Of a DNA stretch of 27,535 nucleotides, positions 16,476 to 24,791 are shown one piece after another. The stretch is from a virus. Taxonomy: Duplodnaviria > Caudoviricetes. The notes beneath the pieces were generated by a model that worked only from the letters and a program-made list of their open reading frames with translations, was not told where the DNA came from and did no database searches. The stretch covers positions 1 through 27,535 of IMG/VR virus record IMGVR_UViG_3300033067_001330; one strand, given 5' to 3'. Position 1 is the stretch's first letter. Every line of letters starts with the position of its first letter. A program made the translations under genes and the position numbers.

Positions 16476-17161
16476 CAGTCCGCCTTGCTCCCGCCTGGCT
16501 GGCGCATCATGAATTCATGGAAATTGCCGGCGAAGGCGGTGCTCGCCGTATGGTGCACAATATCCAGATCGGGGACGATCCAGAGTTCGCCGCCGAGGGC
16601 GATCCAACGGCGGCTAAACGCGTAGTCCTCGCCGTACCAGACGCCCTCATGCGCACCGTGATTGAAAAGGTCGACGGAGGGATTGTAGGCCTTGCCGTAC
16701 ACCAGCTCCGGGTAGGCCTTCATGAAGCGCTCGACGGCTTCCTTGGTGACCTTGAGAAAGCCGGCGGGAACACGATCCGCCTTGATGCATCCGTCGCCCC
16801 GCACGATAGGCCGATGCTCAGGGCCGTCGATGAGTGCGCCCATGTACTCCTCATCGGTTTTCTTGAACCGATAGACGCCGGCAACGACATCGCCCGGCGT
16901 TTCGATGAGCTTGAGCAGATCGGTCGGTTTCCAGCTCAGGTCGTAATCCAAGAACACAATCACGTCCGCATTGGCGTCGAGCGCTTTGCGCAACATGATC
17001 GAGCGAGCCGACGAGATGTAGGGGTTGCCGCGTTCCTCGACGCAGCCTTCCTGCCACCCTGCTTCGATGATGAGCGGGATGGATTTCTCCAGCGCCGCCA
17101 TGAACGGCGCGGTTGGCCCATTGAGGGAGGGGACGCAGAAGATGACCTTGCGCGTCCCCAT
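16475..17161 (-). CDS. GT-A fold (GT2-like) glycosyltransferase in the head module
   Basis: KVIFCVP, ISSARS, FLDYDL (DxD), VVAGVY, PAGFL, GEDYAFSRRW..GG.W motifs; start taken at ATG 17161. Confidence 0.8.
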   Translation of the reverse strand: MGTRKVIFCVPSLNGPTAPFMAALEKSIPLIIEAGWQEGCVEERGNPYISSARSIMLRKALDANADVIVFLDYDLSWKPTDLLKLIETPGDVVAGVYRFKKTDEEYMGALIDGPEHRPIVRGDGCIKADRVPAGFLKVTKEAVERFMKAYPELVYGKAYNPSVDLFNHGAHEGVWYGEDYAFSRRWIALGGELWIVPDLDIVHHTASTAFAGNFHEFMMRQPGGSKAD

Positions 17162-17169
17162 TGGCTTGT

Positions 17170-17403
17170 TCAAGCGGAGCCCTTCCACAGGCCAAGGGCC
17201 GTGAGGGTGTTCATGATCTCCTGGATCACGGCCAACTGCGTTGCGCCGAACGATGCGGACACAGCGATGTTGGTGGTGACCTGGTTCGACGATGCACGCT
17301 GAGCGACCGGCGTGACACCGTAGAACGAGATGGGGTCAGAAGCGTTCTGACCGAGAATCTGGCCGGCTGGGTTGCCGTCCGAGAGCTGGGTTTCGCCAGA
17401 CAT
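17170..17403 (-). CDS. Small capsid decoration / head protein (77 aa)
   Basis: GGAG RBS; LGQNASDPISFYGVTPVAQ...LTALGL; directly after the major capsid gene. Confidence 0.7.
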   Translation of the reverse strand: MSGETQLSDGNPAGQILGQNASDPISFYGVTPVAQRASSNQVTTNIAVSASFGATQLAVIQEIMNTLTALGLWKGSA

Positions 17404-17424
17404 TGATGTTTCTCCGATGATTGA

Positions 17425-17453
17425 GGGAAAGAAGGCGGCCCGGAGGCCGCCCT
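17425..17453 (-). terminator. Terminator/attenuator after the major capsid gene
   Basis: GGCGGCC-UCCG-GGCCGCC followed by UUCUUUCCC on the minus strand. Confidence 0.75.
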
Positions 17454-17457
17454 AAGA

Positions 17458-18702
17458 TCAGGTGCCGGAGAACCGGGTGGCCAGACGCGGGTCAATCAGC
17501 TTGCGGCCGTAGAGCACGTCCAGACGCCACTTGCTGATATCGTTCACCCCGTCATAGACCGGGATGACGCGGACGCTGACGCCCTTGTAGGAGCGGCGCG
17601 AGCCACGGTCGCCGACCGCATCCGGCATTTCCATCGGGACCATCGCAAGCGCGAAGGCGTTCTTGTGGAACGCGACGTTCTGGCGATAGACGGCCGATGC
17701 CGCACCGATGATGGTGATCGTGTTGTCGTCCATGTCGGACGTGAACTCGACCGTCTGGTGCGGGCCGGAAGTGATGATCGGCGGCGCGATGGTGAGCGCG
17801 GTAGTGCCGCCGGAGGCGTGCGCCGTGGTGTCCGACATGACCACGAACTGCTGCAGGATGGTGGTCCGGCGCTTGGTCTTCGGGTTGACCATGTAGCAGT
17901 CCTGGATGGTGAAGACCTGCCCGGCAACGATGGTCGCCGAGTTGTCCCAACCGTCCGTATTCAGGGTCTGCGTCCAGGTGTCCTTGGCGGTGTCGTAGGT
18001 GACCTGCTGTGCGGCACCCTTGACCAGCGGCGTGGTGTTGTCCGCCGTACCGTAGCTCTGCGTCGGAACGACCTGGCTCATGTAGACGTCCAGACCGCCG
18101 ATGTTGCCGAGATTGCCCTGACGATAGGCCTTCTTGGCATCTTCGGAGATGTACAGGCCGGTCAGGTTGCCCAGCATGCCGGCGTGATCGTTCGGATTGA
18201 GGATCGCGAACCGATCGGCCTGCGGGATCGCCATCTCGTTCATACGCTCCGGCGCCTTGAAGAAGTCGGCGAAGGAGTCGACCTGCGTGTTCGGCGTACC
18301 GACGTAGTTGTAGACGTAGGGCAGGAACTGCGACATGCAATCGTAGGTGATTTCGTTCACCAGATTGCTGATCGCCGGACGAAGGACGCGCTCGGCAATG
18401 TCGTTGATGTCGAGCGTCAGCTCGGTCGAGGTGAACTTGAAGTCCACACCCTTCTGCTGATCGACGGTCAAGGCGACCTTGCCTTCGATGACGTCCTGCA
18501 AATCCATCGTCGCGCCGGAGCGGATGGTGAAGTCGGCAGGGCGGCGGATCGAGATCGTCGCTCCCTTGCGGTAGCCGTTGACGGTCTTGTCGTATTCGTC
18601 CTCGTAAGGACGGTAGAACGTGCTGAGAATACCCAGCTCGTTTTCGAGGATCATCAAGCTCTCATTGGCTATGACGTCCGCGGTCAGTTTGCGGTTGGCC
18701 AT
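17458..18702 (-). CDS. Major capsid protein, P22 coat family
   Basis: MANRKLTADVIANESL.ILENEL, GATISIRRP, AFHKNAFALAMVPM, RLDVLYG; strongly biased codons. Confidence 0.95.
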   Translation of the reverse strand: MANRKLTADVIANESLMILENELGILSTFYRPYEDEYDKTVNGYRKGATISIRRPADFTIRSGATMDLQDVIEGKVALTVDQQKGVDFKFTSTELTLDINDIAERVLRPAISNLVNEITYDCMSQFLPYVYNYVGTPNTQVDSFADFFKAPERMNEMAIPQADRFAILNPNDHAGMLGNLTGLYISEDAKKAYRQGNLGNIGGLDVYMSQVVPTQSYGTADNTTPLVKGAAQQVTYDTAKDTWTQTLNTDGWDNSATIVAGQVFTIQDCYMVNPKTKRRTTILQQFVVMSDTTAHASGGTTALTIAPPIITSGPHQTVEFTSDMDDNTITIIGAASAVYRQNVAFHKNAFALAMVPMEMPDAVGDRGSRRSYKGVSVRVIPVYDGVNDISKWRLDVLYGRKLIDPRLATRFSGT

Positions 18703-18788
18703 GATAGTGCTCCATCGGGCCGGAGCGGCTCTGTGGCCGCCGGCTCAGGGACAGGGCGTCGTCGCGACGCTCTATCGGGTGGTGAGGT

Positions 18789-19664
18789 TTAGCCTCCGCC
18801 GACCCCGCGCTTGCGGGCCGCCTTGTAGGCTTCGAAGTCGGTCGTCGCGAGGTTGGTGCGGCCTTGGCCGTTGGTCTTCGCGCTTACCGTTTCCGTCGCT
18901 TCAGGGGGCGGCGTTGCGGGTGTCTTGGGGGCTGATTGGCGTTTCAGGACTTCCTCGCCGATCCTGGCCAAGCGGGCGAAGTCATAGAAGATCGGGCTCA
19001 TGTACTTGGCGATGTCGGTGTCCGACAGCCCCTTGCTCTGAGCGAACTCGATGACCTGCTTGTCCATATCGGGCGACCAGCCCTTGATCTTCCGCGCGTG
19101 TTCCTGGGTTTCCTCGATGCGCTTGGTCAAATCCGACTGCGCAGCCTGAGACCGCTTGGTGTTATGCTCGGAAATCTTTCCCGTCAGTTCGCGTTCGGCG
19201 TCCTTCAGGGCTTGCAGGTGGAACCGATGCTCGGTCCACTTGCCGTAGTCTGTCTGGCGCATCTGCGCCCACTGCTCGTCCGTCAGCTTGCCGTAGCTTT
19301 CGAGCTGAGACTTGACGTTGCGCAGCGTGGCCCGCGTGTCGAGTTCTTCTTCCGTGGCCTTGGCCTGCTCGTCGAGGCGTAGGGCGCGCTCGTCGAGTTC
19401 CTTGGCTCGCGTGGAATTGGTCTGCGACTTGCGGGTGTAGTCGACGTCCATATGCTGGAGCTGGTCCAGCTTGGCCTTCAACGCTCTCGGTACTTGGTAC
19501 TGCTTGCCTTCGTACTCGAACGGATCGAGTTCGTCGGCTTCCCCGTCATCATTGCCCGTCTGGAGGCCAGTCAGGTCGAGATTGTCGAGGTCTGTGTCGC
19601 TCACGTCCGGGCTTGCTGGCGGGGTGGCCAGTTCCGGGGCGAGCGAAGGGGTTCCGTTGTCCAC
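18789..19664 (-). CDS. Scaffolding protein
   Basis: Acidic N-terminus, DYTRKSQ, coiled coil, C-terminal DFEAYKAARK; between portal and coat; AAGGAG RBS. Confidence 0.85.
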   Translation of the reverse strand: MDNGTPSLAPELATPPASPDVSDTDLDNLDLTGLQTGNDDGEADELDPFEYEGKQYQVPRALKAKLDQLQHMDVDYTRKSQTNSTRAKELDERALRLDEQAKATEEELDTRATLRNVKSQLESYGKLTDEQWAQMRQTDYGKWTEHRFHLQALKDAERELTGKISEHNTKRSQAAQSDLTKRIEETQEHARKIKGWSPDMDKQVIEFAQSKGLSDTDIAKYMSPIFYDFARLARIGEEVLKRQSAPKTPATPPPEATETVSAKTNGQGRTNLATTDFEAYKAARKRGVGGG

Positions 19665-19692
19665 GGTCTATGCTCCTTGGGAGGGTTGAGGA

Positions 19693-21732
19693 CTACTGCG
19701 CCGGCTGCGGGGCCGGCTTGTTGGCTGCGATGGTGATGGACGCCTCTGCCTGAATTTGCGCGGCATAGGCTCTCAAGCGGGCATCGGACTCGATCTTTAG
19801 CCTGGCGGTTCGCTCCTCGGAGGCGATTTCCAATTCCTTCATGCGCTCGTTCGAGGCGATCTTCTGCTCATCGGTCATGGCATTGGACTTGAGCTGCTGA
19901 TTTTCGGCCTCAAGCTGCTGAATGCGCTGAGCGCCCTCGTCGATCTGCTGCTGGACTTCTGGCGGAATTTGCGGCTGCTGCTGAGCTTCCAGCTTCTCGG
20001 CAATCTTGTCCGCGCCGGGCCAGTCAAGGTTCTTGGCCAGTTCAGGAAGAATGACCGGGGCCGACTCCGGATAGGCGCGCACCGCCTCGGTCATCGACGC
20101 GGCGGCTTCCTCACGGCGCGTGGTGAAGCTCGGCCCGGTCTCAACAGCCAGATCGTACTTGCCGGCGTTGAGGTCATGCATTCTGAGCGCAATCTTGGCG
20201 GACCCGTCCGGGTTCATGGCCGGCTTGCCGTTCGCGTCGAGTTCGGGCGCCTGGTATTCCTGATTGATGGGCTTGTTTTCCGGCATCCCATCTTCACCGA
20301 GGACGCGCACGATACGTGGTCCGGTGTAGATCTTCGGAATGAGGTCGATCAGAATGCGGCCGGTGTGCCGAATGGCGCGGTTCTTGTTGTCGATGAAGTG
20401 GAAGGTCGCGACATCCCCTTCCCGCTGCCTTGCCAGAATCGCCTTGCCGCTCGTTTCGTTAGAGCGGGCGCCAAGCGAGGCGTCGAACATGCCTATCGTC
20501 GACTTGACGTCATCGGCCGCGTTAAGCGCTTCCTGCAATGAACCTGCCGCACCGCCCATATCCATTGGCTGGCGCTGTGGCGCCGCGCCGCCGGCTGCTG
20601 CTACGACCTTCGGGTCATATTCCAGAAAGGCATGATTGCGCGAATTCGCTGTTTTCCACTCTGGACCGAGGAAAGCGCCTTTCGGCCCAATGAATGGAGC
20701 GCGCGGAGCAAGGCCGACCAGTTCCGTCGCGTTCGACCGCCAGTAATTGTACATGCGCTGCGCATCGATCGCGCTGTGGATCAGCGAACGGAAATAGCGC
20801 TTGCCGTCAACGTTGAACTCATCGCCATAGACCGGCACAATCGGGATGAAGCGGCCAGGCCATTCGGTTGTCTTCAGCACCTCGACGCCTGACATGATGC
20901 GCTGCGTGACCTTGCAGGACTTCGCAACGCGCTCTTCGGTCACTTCCACGGTGTTCGTCGCGAGAAGCGCGGCCACCTCCGGCTTTTTGGCGTCCTCCTT
21001 GTCCAAAACCGTGCCGTCACTGAGGACGATGATCGGGCGGTCGACCTTCTCCCGCTTCCACCACTCAGCGACGAGGACCTGTTTGTCGGTCCTCCAATCG
21101 CCGATCCCGGTCCATGCCGCGCCATCATCGACGCTGATCTTGGCTCGGTCGCCATACTGCGCTTCGAACTGCTTGTGCGTGAGCGTGTCGATGACGAACG
21201 CTTCGTCCCAATCCGAGCTGTCAGCTTCCGTCGAATTCGGGTCGCCATAGACCGAAAGGGGATTGGCGATGCGGCGGATCAGGATATCGAGATAGGCCGC
21301 ATCTTCGTAGGCATAGTCCAGGACAACGCGCCAGTAGCCGAAGCCTCCCCACACGGCACATTCGCTGGCCGTATCGTACGCAACATCAGCGTTGGACGTG
21401 TACTCAATGTTGCGGATCAGACCGTTGAAGACGTCTGCCGTTTCCGGATCGGCCGAGCTGTCGACCGGATGTACCGAAATGCTCGGCTTGTTCTGGCGCG
21501 CGTCGTTGATAACCTGGCGACCGAACGCCTTGAGCTTGTTGATCGTGAGCATGGGGCGATTGTCGCGCGCCCGCATGCTTTTGATGTTGTCTGGCCACTG
21601 GTTTTCCAGCAACGCGAAGTCGACATCATCGCGATAGGTCGAGTGGTTATCGTCCCATGCGGATTCGAACTCGCCGAAGGTTTTGCGGCAGAGCGAGGCG
21701 AGGTCTTCATCCTCCGATTTGACTTTTGCCAT
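19693..21732 (-). CDS. Portal protein, P22-like
   Basis: NQWP...RPMLTINKL, IPIVPVYG, DAQRMYNYW, SNETSGKAILARQREG, GKYDLAVETGPSFTTRREE; ATG 21732 is coupled to the terL stop. Confidence 0.95.
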   Translation of the reverse strand: MAKVKSEDEDLASLCRKTFGEFESAWDDNHSTYRDDVDFALLENQWPDNIKSMRARDNRPMLTINKLKAFGRQVINDARQNKPSISVHPVDSSADPETADVFNGLIRNIEYTSNADVAYDTASECAVWGGFGYWRVVLDYAYEDAAYLDILIRRIANPLSVYGDPNSTEADSSDWDEAFVIDTLTHKQFEAQYGDRAKISVDDGAAWTGIGDWRTDKQVLVAEWWKREKVDRPIIVLSDGTVLDKEDAKKPEVAALLATNTVEVTEERVAKSCKVTQRIMSGVEVLKTTEWPGRFIPIVPVYGDEFNVDGKRYFRSLIHSAIDAQRMYNYWRSNATELVGLAPRAPFIGPKGAFLGPEWKTANSRNHAFLEYDPKVVAAAGGAAPQRQPMDMGGAAGSLQEALNAADDVKSTIGMFDASLGARSNETSGKAILARQREGDVATFHFIDNKNRAIRHTGRILIDLIPKIYTGPRIVRVLGEDGMPENKPINQEYQAPELDANGKPAMNPDGSAKIALRMHDLNAGKYDLAVETGPSFTTRREEAAASMTEAVRAYPESAPVILPELAKNLDWPGADKIAEKLEAQQQPQIPPEVQQQIDEGAQRIQQLEAENQQLKSNAMTDEQKIASNERMKELEIASEERTARLKIESDARLRAYAAQIQAEASITIAANKPAPQPAQ

Positions 21733-23045
21733 CAGCTCATCCAGCCAAGAGGCCCGTGGGACATCGCGTCTTCCTCTTCCGGCTTTTCCTGCTTGGGCAT
21801 CTCGTAGGCCACGCACATGAGGCCAAAGGCGTCAGCGCCGTGGCTTGACCAGTCGTGTTCAGGGCCGAGGCCCATCTTGCGCACCGGGTCTTTCTTCTCG
21901 TGATACCAGCCGAGCGCCTTGCGGCCGCCTTCGGTGGTCTCCGCATTGAAGTGGACCGACGGGAAAAGCCGGCGCGCTGCCTCTATGCGCATCTTGGCCG
22001 CGCCCTTGCCCTGGTTCGGGATCACCAGCGTTTCAAATCCCGCGTCGTCCAACGCGCTTTCGTAGGAGACGTCGAAGACGCGATCGTGTGTCTCGCCATC
22101 GTGCGGAAGAATGCAAAGCGCTTTGCCGTAGCCCTTCTCACGAAGCCAGTTGACGTGCGTGGCAAGCGGCTGGCCGACCGCCTCGTAGTAGTCCAGCACG
22201 CGAATGTGAGCGCCGACGAACTGGCATATCCAGATCGCGCAGGCATCGGCCTTGGCTCCGGTGCCGCCGATGTCCCACACAGCGCGCAGGGTCATCAGCG
22301 GATCGCGCGCGACGTGCCCTATGCGGTTTTGTGCCTTTGCCTCTGCCAGTCCCGTGGCGAAGTAGGCACCATCGACAACCGTCACGTAACCGCCTTCCCA
22401 GATGTGGTCGTACTGATCGGGCTGGAGACGAAGGCAGTCGTCGCGCTCTTGCTTGAGAACCGCCGGGAGCCACGGATTGTCCCGCCAATTGGCCTCGACC
22501 ACCACAGCGCCGGTTGGCATTGCCGTGCCACTCAACAGCAGGTCGACTGGGTCATTGTCGAAGCGGCGGTTCCACGAGAACCAGAGTTCAGAGCCGTCCT
22601 CGCGAATGGTCGGGCGAAGCAGGTTGAGCGAGTGCTGCGTTGCAGTCTGCGCTTCTTCCCACCAGGCCCGCTTGAACTTCTCCAGCGACTTGACCGACTC
22701 TGCGGTGTAGTCCTGCATGCCCTTGAAGATGATCACGCCGTCCTTTGGCGTCTCGATCACATCGCGGAAGACCTTGAAGCCGTCCGCCTCGCCCAAGCGG
22801 TATGAGGCCAGCTTGTCCTCGATCAGCAGCTTGGCCGATTGCGTGAGGTCTTTCTGCACCTCACGAATGCAGACCGAGCGAAGCCCCTCGCCAGTCAGTC
22901 CCGGCTCGGCAAGGCTGTCCTCGACGAGGAGGCCGGCGAAGAAATGCGACTTGCCCGACCCGCGCCCGCCTCTTGCGCCTTTATACCGAGCTGGCTTCAG
23001 GAGCGGTTGGAATACCCGCGCCGTTGGGATTTGCAGGATCGACAA
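21732..23045 (-). CDS. terL: Terminase large subunit
   Basis: Walker A GGRGSGKS, WWEEAQ Walker B, nuclease WDIG and HDWSSHGADAF. Confidence 0.96.
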   Translation of the reverse strand: MSILQIPTARVFQPLLKPARYKGARGGRGSGKSHFFAGLLVEDSLAEPGLTGEGLRSVCIREVQKDLTQSAKLLIEDKLASYRLGEADGFKVFRDVIETPKDGVIIFKGMQDYTAESVKSLEKFKRAWWEEAQTATQHSLNLLRPTIREDGSELWFSWNRRFDNDPVDLLLSGTAMPTGAVVVEANWRDNPWLPAVLKQERDDCLRLQPDQYDHIWEGGYVTVVDGAYFATGLAEAKAQNRIGHVARDPLMTLRAVWDIGGTGAKADACAIWICQFVGAHIRVLDYYEAVGQPLATHVNWLREKGYGKALCILPHDGETHDRVFDVSYESALDDAGFETLVIPNQGKGAAKMRIEAARRLFPSVHFNAETTEGGRKALGWYHEKKDPVRKMGLGPEHDWSSHGADAFGLMCVAYEMPKQEKPEEEDAMSHGPLGWMS

Positions 23046-23502
23046 TCACTCGCTCGATACGTTCGACGCGATGCGTCTGCTCAATCGGCCCGCCGTCTGG
23101 TCCGCTCAATTCCTGGCTCAGCTTCTCGCCGTAGACCTTGGGGCGCAATTTGCCGGCCATCCATTTGCGAGCATCGATGCGAAGGCGCGAGCGCTGGATA
23201 TTCTCGCCATTGGCGATCCAACCCGCATCATCTTCGCCACGGCGCTCCATCCAGTCGTTGCGGGCGTTGTCGGCGATGTCGAGCACATCGTCGAAAAGTG
23301 CATCGGCCTGCGCTTCTCTGGCTCGCGTGTATTGGTCGCGAAATCCTTCGTGGATGGCCAGCCAGCGGAACACCGTCGATTTGTTCGGCATCCCATCTTC
23401 AGCGCAGATCGCGCGAAGGCTCTCACCATCCGCCAACCGTTCGCAGATAACATCTGCGATCTGTTCGGTGAAATCGCTTGGCCGGCCGCTGTGGTCAGCC
23501 AT
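22981..23502 (-). CDS. terS: Terminase small subunit
   Basis: GRPSDFT...ICERLADGESLRAIC...STVFRWL...RLRIDARKW.AGKL.PKVYG; overlaps terL by 65 bp. Confidence 0.92.
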   Translation of the reverse strand: MADHSGRPSDFTEQIADVICERLADGESLRAICAEDGMPNKSTVFRWLAIHEGFRDQYTRAREAQADALFDDVLDIADNARNDWMERRGEDDAGWIANGENIQRSRLRIDARKWMAGKLRPKVYGEKLSQELSGPDGGPIEQTHRVERIERVIVDPANPNGAGIPTAPEASSV

Positions 23503-23601
23503 CCGCTTTTCTCTCGGCAATGTTATGGATTGGGCGCGGCGCGGTGAAATCCGCCGCCAGGAGGCCGGGGCTTCCCCAGACGCCTCAAATCACCTGAGCT
23601 G

Positions 23602-23630
23602 GATATATTCCTAGGAATTTGTTCTGTCAA
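23602..23630 (-). promoter_or_regulatory. Sigma70-type late promoter upstream of terS with palindromic operator
   Basis: Minus strand TTGACA-N17-TATATC; the perfect palindrome ATTCCTAGGAAT (23607-23618) lies in the spacer/-10 edge. Confidence 0.75.
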
Positions 23631-23659
23631 TGCGCCTGCATTCCAGTCGAGGCGGTAGG

Positions 23660-23692
23660 TTGACAAAGCGCGAATATCAATTATGTTGATAT
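23660..23692 (+). promoter_or_regulatory. Sigma70-type moron promoter with inverted-repeat operator
   Basis: TTGACA (23660-65)-N16-TATGTT (23682-87); ATATCAA-N5-TTGATAT (23674-23692) straddles the -10. Confidence 0.75.
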
Positions 23693-23738
23693 CTAGCAGC
23701 CAGCACAGGGCCGACTGACCTCCAAGGGGAGAAGACCA

Positions 23739-23966
23739 ATGACGAACATTGACTACGTCACCACCCACGCTGCAGCCGTCCTCTGCCTGTCCAAAATGGA
23801 CAATGACGAGCGCTACGGCGAATTTGGTGCGGCGCTGGACCTCCACGCCGCGAATTACCGCGATGTCATCAACGGCCGCATGACCGATGAGGGAGAAAAC
23901 GACCATTTCTTCCGCCAAACCGAGCGTTTCTTTCGCTGTCACGGCCTTCTGGTGGAGCGCTCATGA
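23739..23966 (+). CDS. Small acidic hypothetical protein (anti-CRISPR/anti-defence candidate)
   Basis: 75 aa, 13 D/E versus 8 K/R, GGGGAG RBS, first gene behind a strong promoter and coupled (ATGA) to an HTH gene. Confidence 0.75.
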   Translation: MTNIDYVTTHAAAVLCLSKMDNDERYGEFGAALDLHAANYRDVINGRMTDEGENDHFFRQTERFFRCHGLLVERS

Positions 23967-24565
23967 GCGCCGCCGATTGCGGGCGTCTCCTGGCGCTAAT
24001 CACGCGTCTTGGCCTCTCCCACAGAGAGGCCGCAGTCGTTTGCGGCCTTGGCCACGAAACCCTCTCGCGCAAGCTGGCCGGCAAGGATCGCTACGAAGTG
24101 CGCGAGGAGGAAATTGCTGCGCTCCAAGCGCTTAGCGACATGGTCGACGCAAGCGTGGAGGCCTCCATAAAGGCGATGCAGAAGCAGATGAAGACCGCGC
24201 CGGCCCCGCTCGATGAGGTTGATTCGATGGTCCCGATCCGCATGGTCCTCTACAGGTCGGACAAAGACCTGCCGGCCAGCGCGGCCGGATATCGCTTCGC
24301 CAGCGTTCACCGGATGGCGGTCTCCCGCATCCTGGCCGACCCGTGGATCAAAAAACATTCGACGGGGGTGCCGTTCGACCGCGAAAGCTACGAGACGTTT
24401 CTTGCGGGCCGCCGCGACACGTCCGCTGCTCGCGCCGAATGGGCTGCATTGCAGCCGCTCTCGCGGTTCGGCCTGAAGCTCGCCACCGGCAGTATCGGAT
24501 GGGCTGTCCTCAAGGAAACCCCGGCGAAGACGGCCAAGGTCAAGCGCGGAGTGAGCAATTTTTGA
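23963..24565 (+). CDS. HTH protein resembling Aca2/DUF1870 (YdiL) family with C-terminal extension
   Basis: LGLSHREAAVVCGLGHETLSRKLAG (XRE-like HTH), a long helix, then MVLYRSDKDL...SVHRMAVSRI, similar in layout to DUF1870. Confidence 0.65.
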   Translation: MSAADCGRLLALITRLGLSHREAAVVCGLGHETLSRKLAGKDRYEVREEEIAALQALSDMVDASVEASIKAMQKQMKTAPAPLDEVDSMVPIRMVLYRSDKDLPASAAGYRFASVHRMAVSRILADPWIKKHSTGVPFDRESYETFLAGRRDTSAARAEWAALQPLSRFGLKLATGSIGWAVLKETPAKTAKVKRGVSNF

Positions 24566-24641
24566 GCAGCAACCATCGACCATCGACATGATTTGAGACC
24601 TAGCGGTAGCGACAGCCAGGCCGCTTACCTGATCATCCTCG

Positions 24642-24791
24642 ATGCTGGCTCGCCGCGTAGTCGTTGGCGGCCAGGAGGCGCTGCGCATCACCAGCGCCGG
24701 CACCTATAGCGGCCTGCTCGCCGGCCGGCCGACACCGTACGAGTCATCGCTTCGGCGGCTGATGACCCTGATCGACTCATGCCGCCGCTAG
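24642..24791 (+). CDS. Possible small ORF or remnant (49 aa)
   Basis: MLARRVVVGGQEALRITSAGTYSGLLAG... with GC3-rich codons fills the gap; no clear RBS. Confidence 0.25.
   Translation: MLARRVVVGGQEALRITSAGTYSGLLAGRPTPYESSLRRLMTLIDSCRR

Noticed and set aside
17665-18792. 375-aa + strand ORF and other long antisense or alternate-frame ORFs (e.g. 21855-22805, 16469-17302, 4046-4864, 10276-11073)
   Set aside because: Shadow ORFs expected from GC3-biased genes on the opposite strand; no RBS or recognisable motifs.
22981-23045. terS/terL 65-bp overlap as a programmed frameshift
   Set aside because: No slippery heptamer seen; such overlaps are common in terminase pairs.
23605-23624. LexA box in the late promoter (GAAC...GAAT on the minus strand)
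   Set aside because: Spacing is 10 nt rather than 7; the ATTCCTAGGAAT palindrome explains the pattern better.
23651-23662. GGCGGTAGGTTG matches the RfaH ops consensus GGCGGTAGnnTG near a NusG paralogue
   Set aside because: It is on the + strand, upstream of and overlapping the -35 of the + promoter, so it is neither transcribed from that promoter nor correctly oriented for the minus-strand late operon; probably chance.
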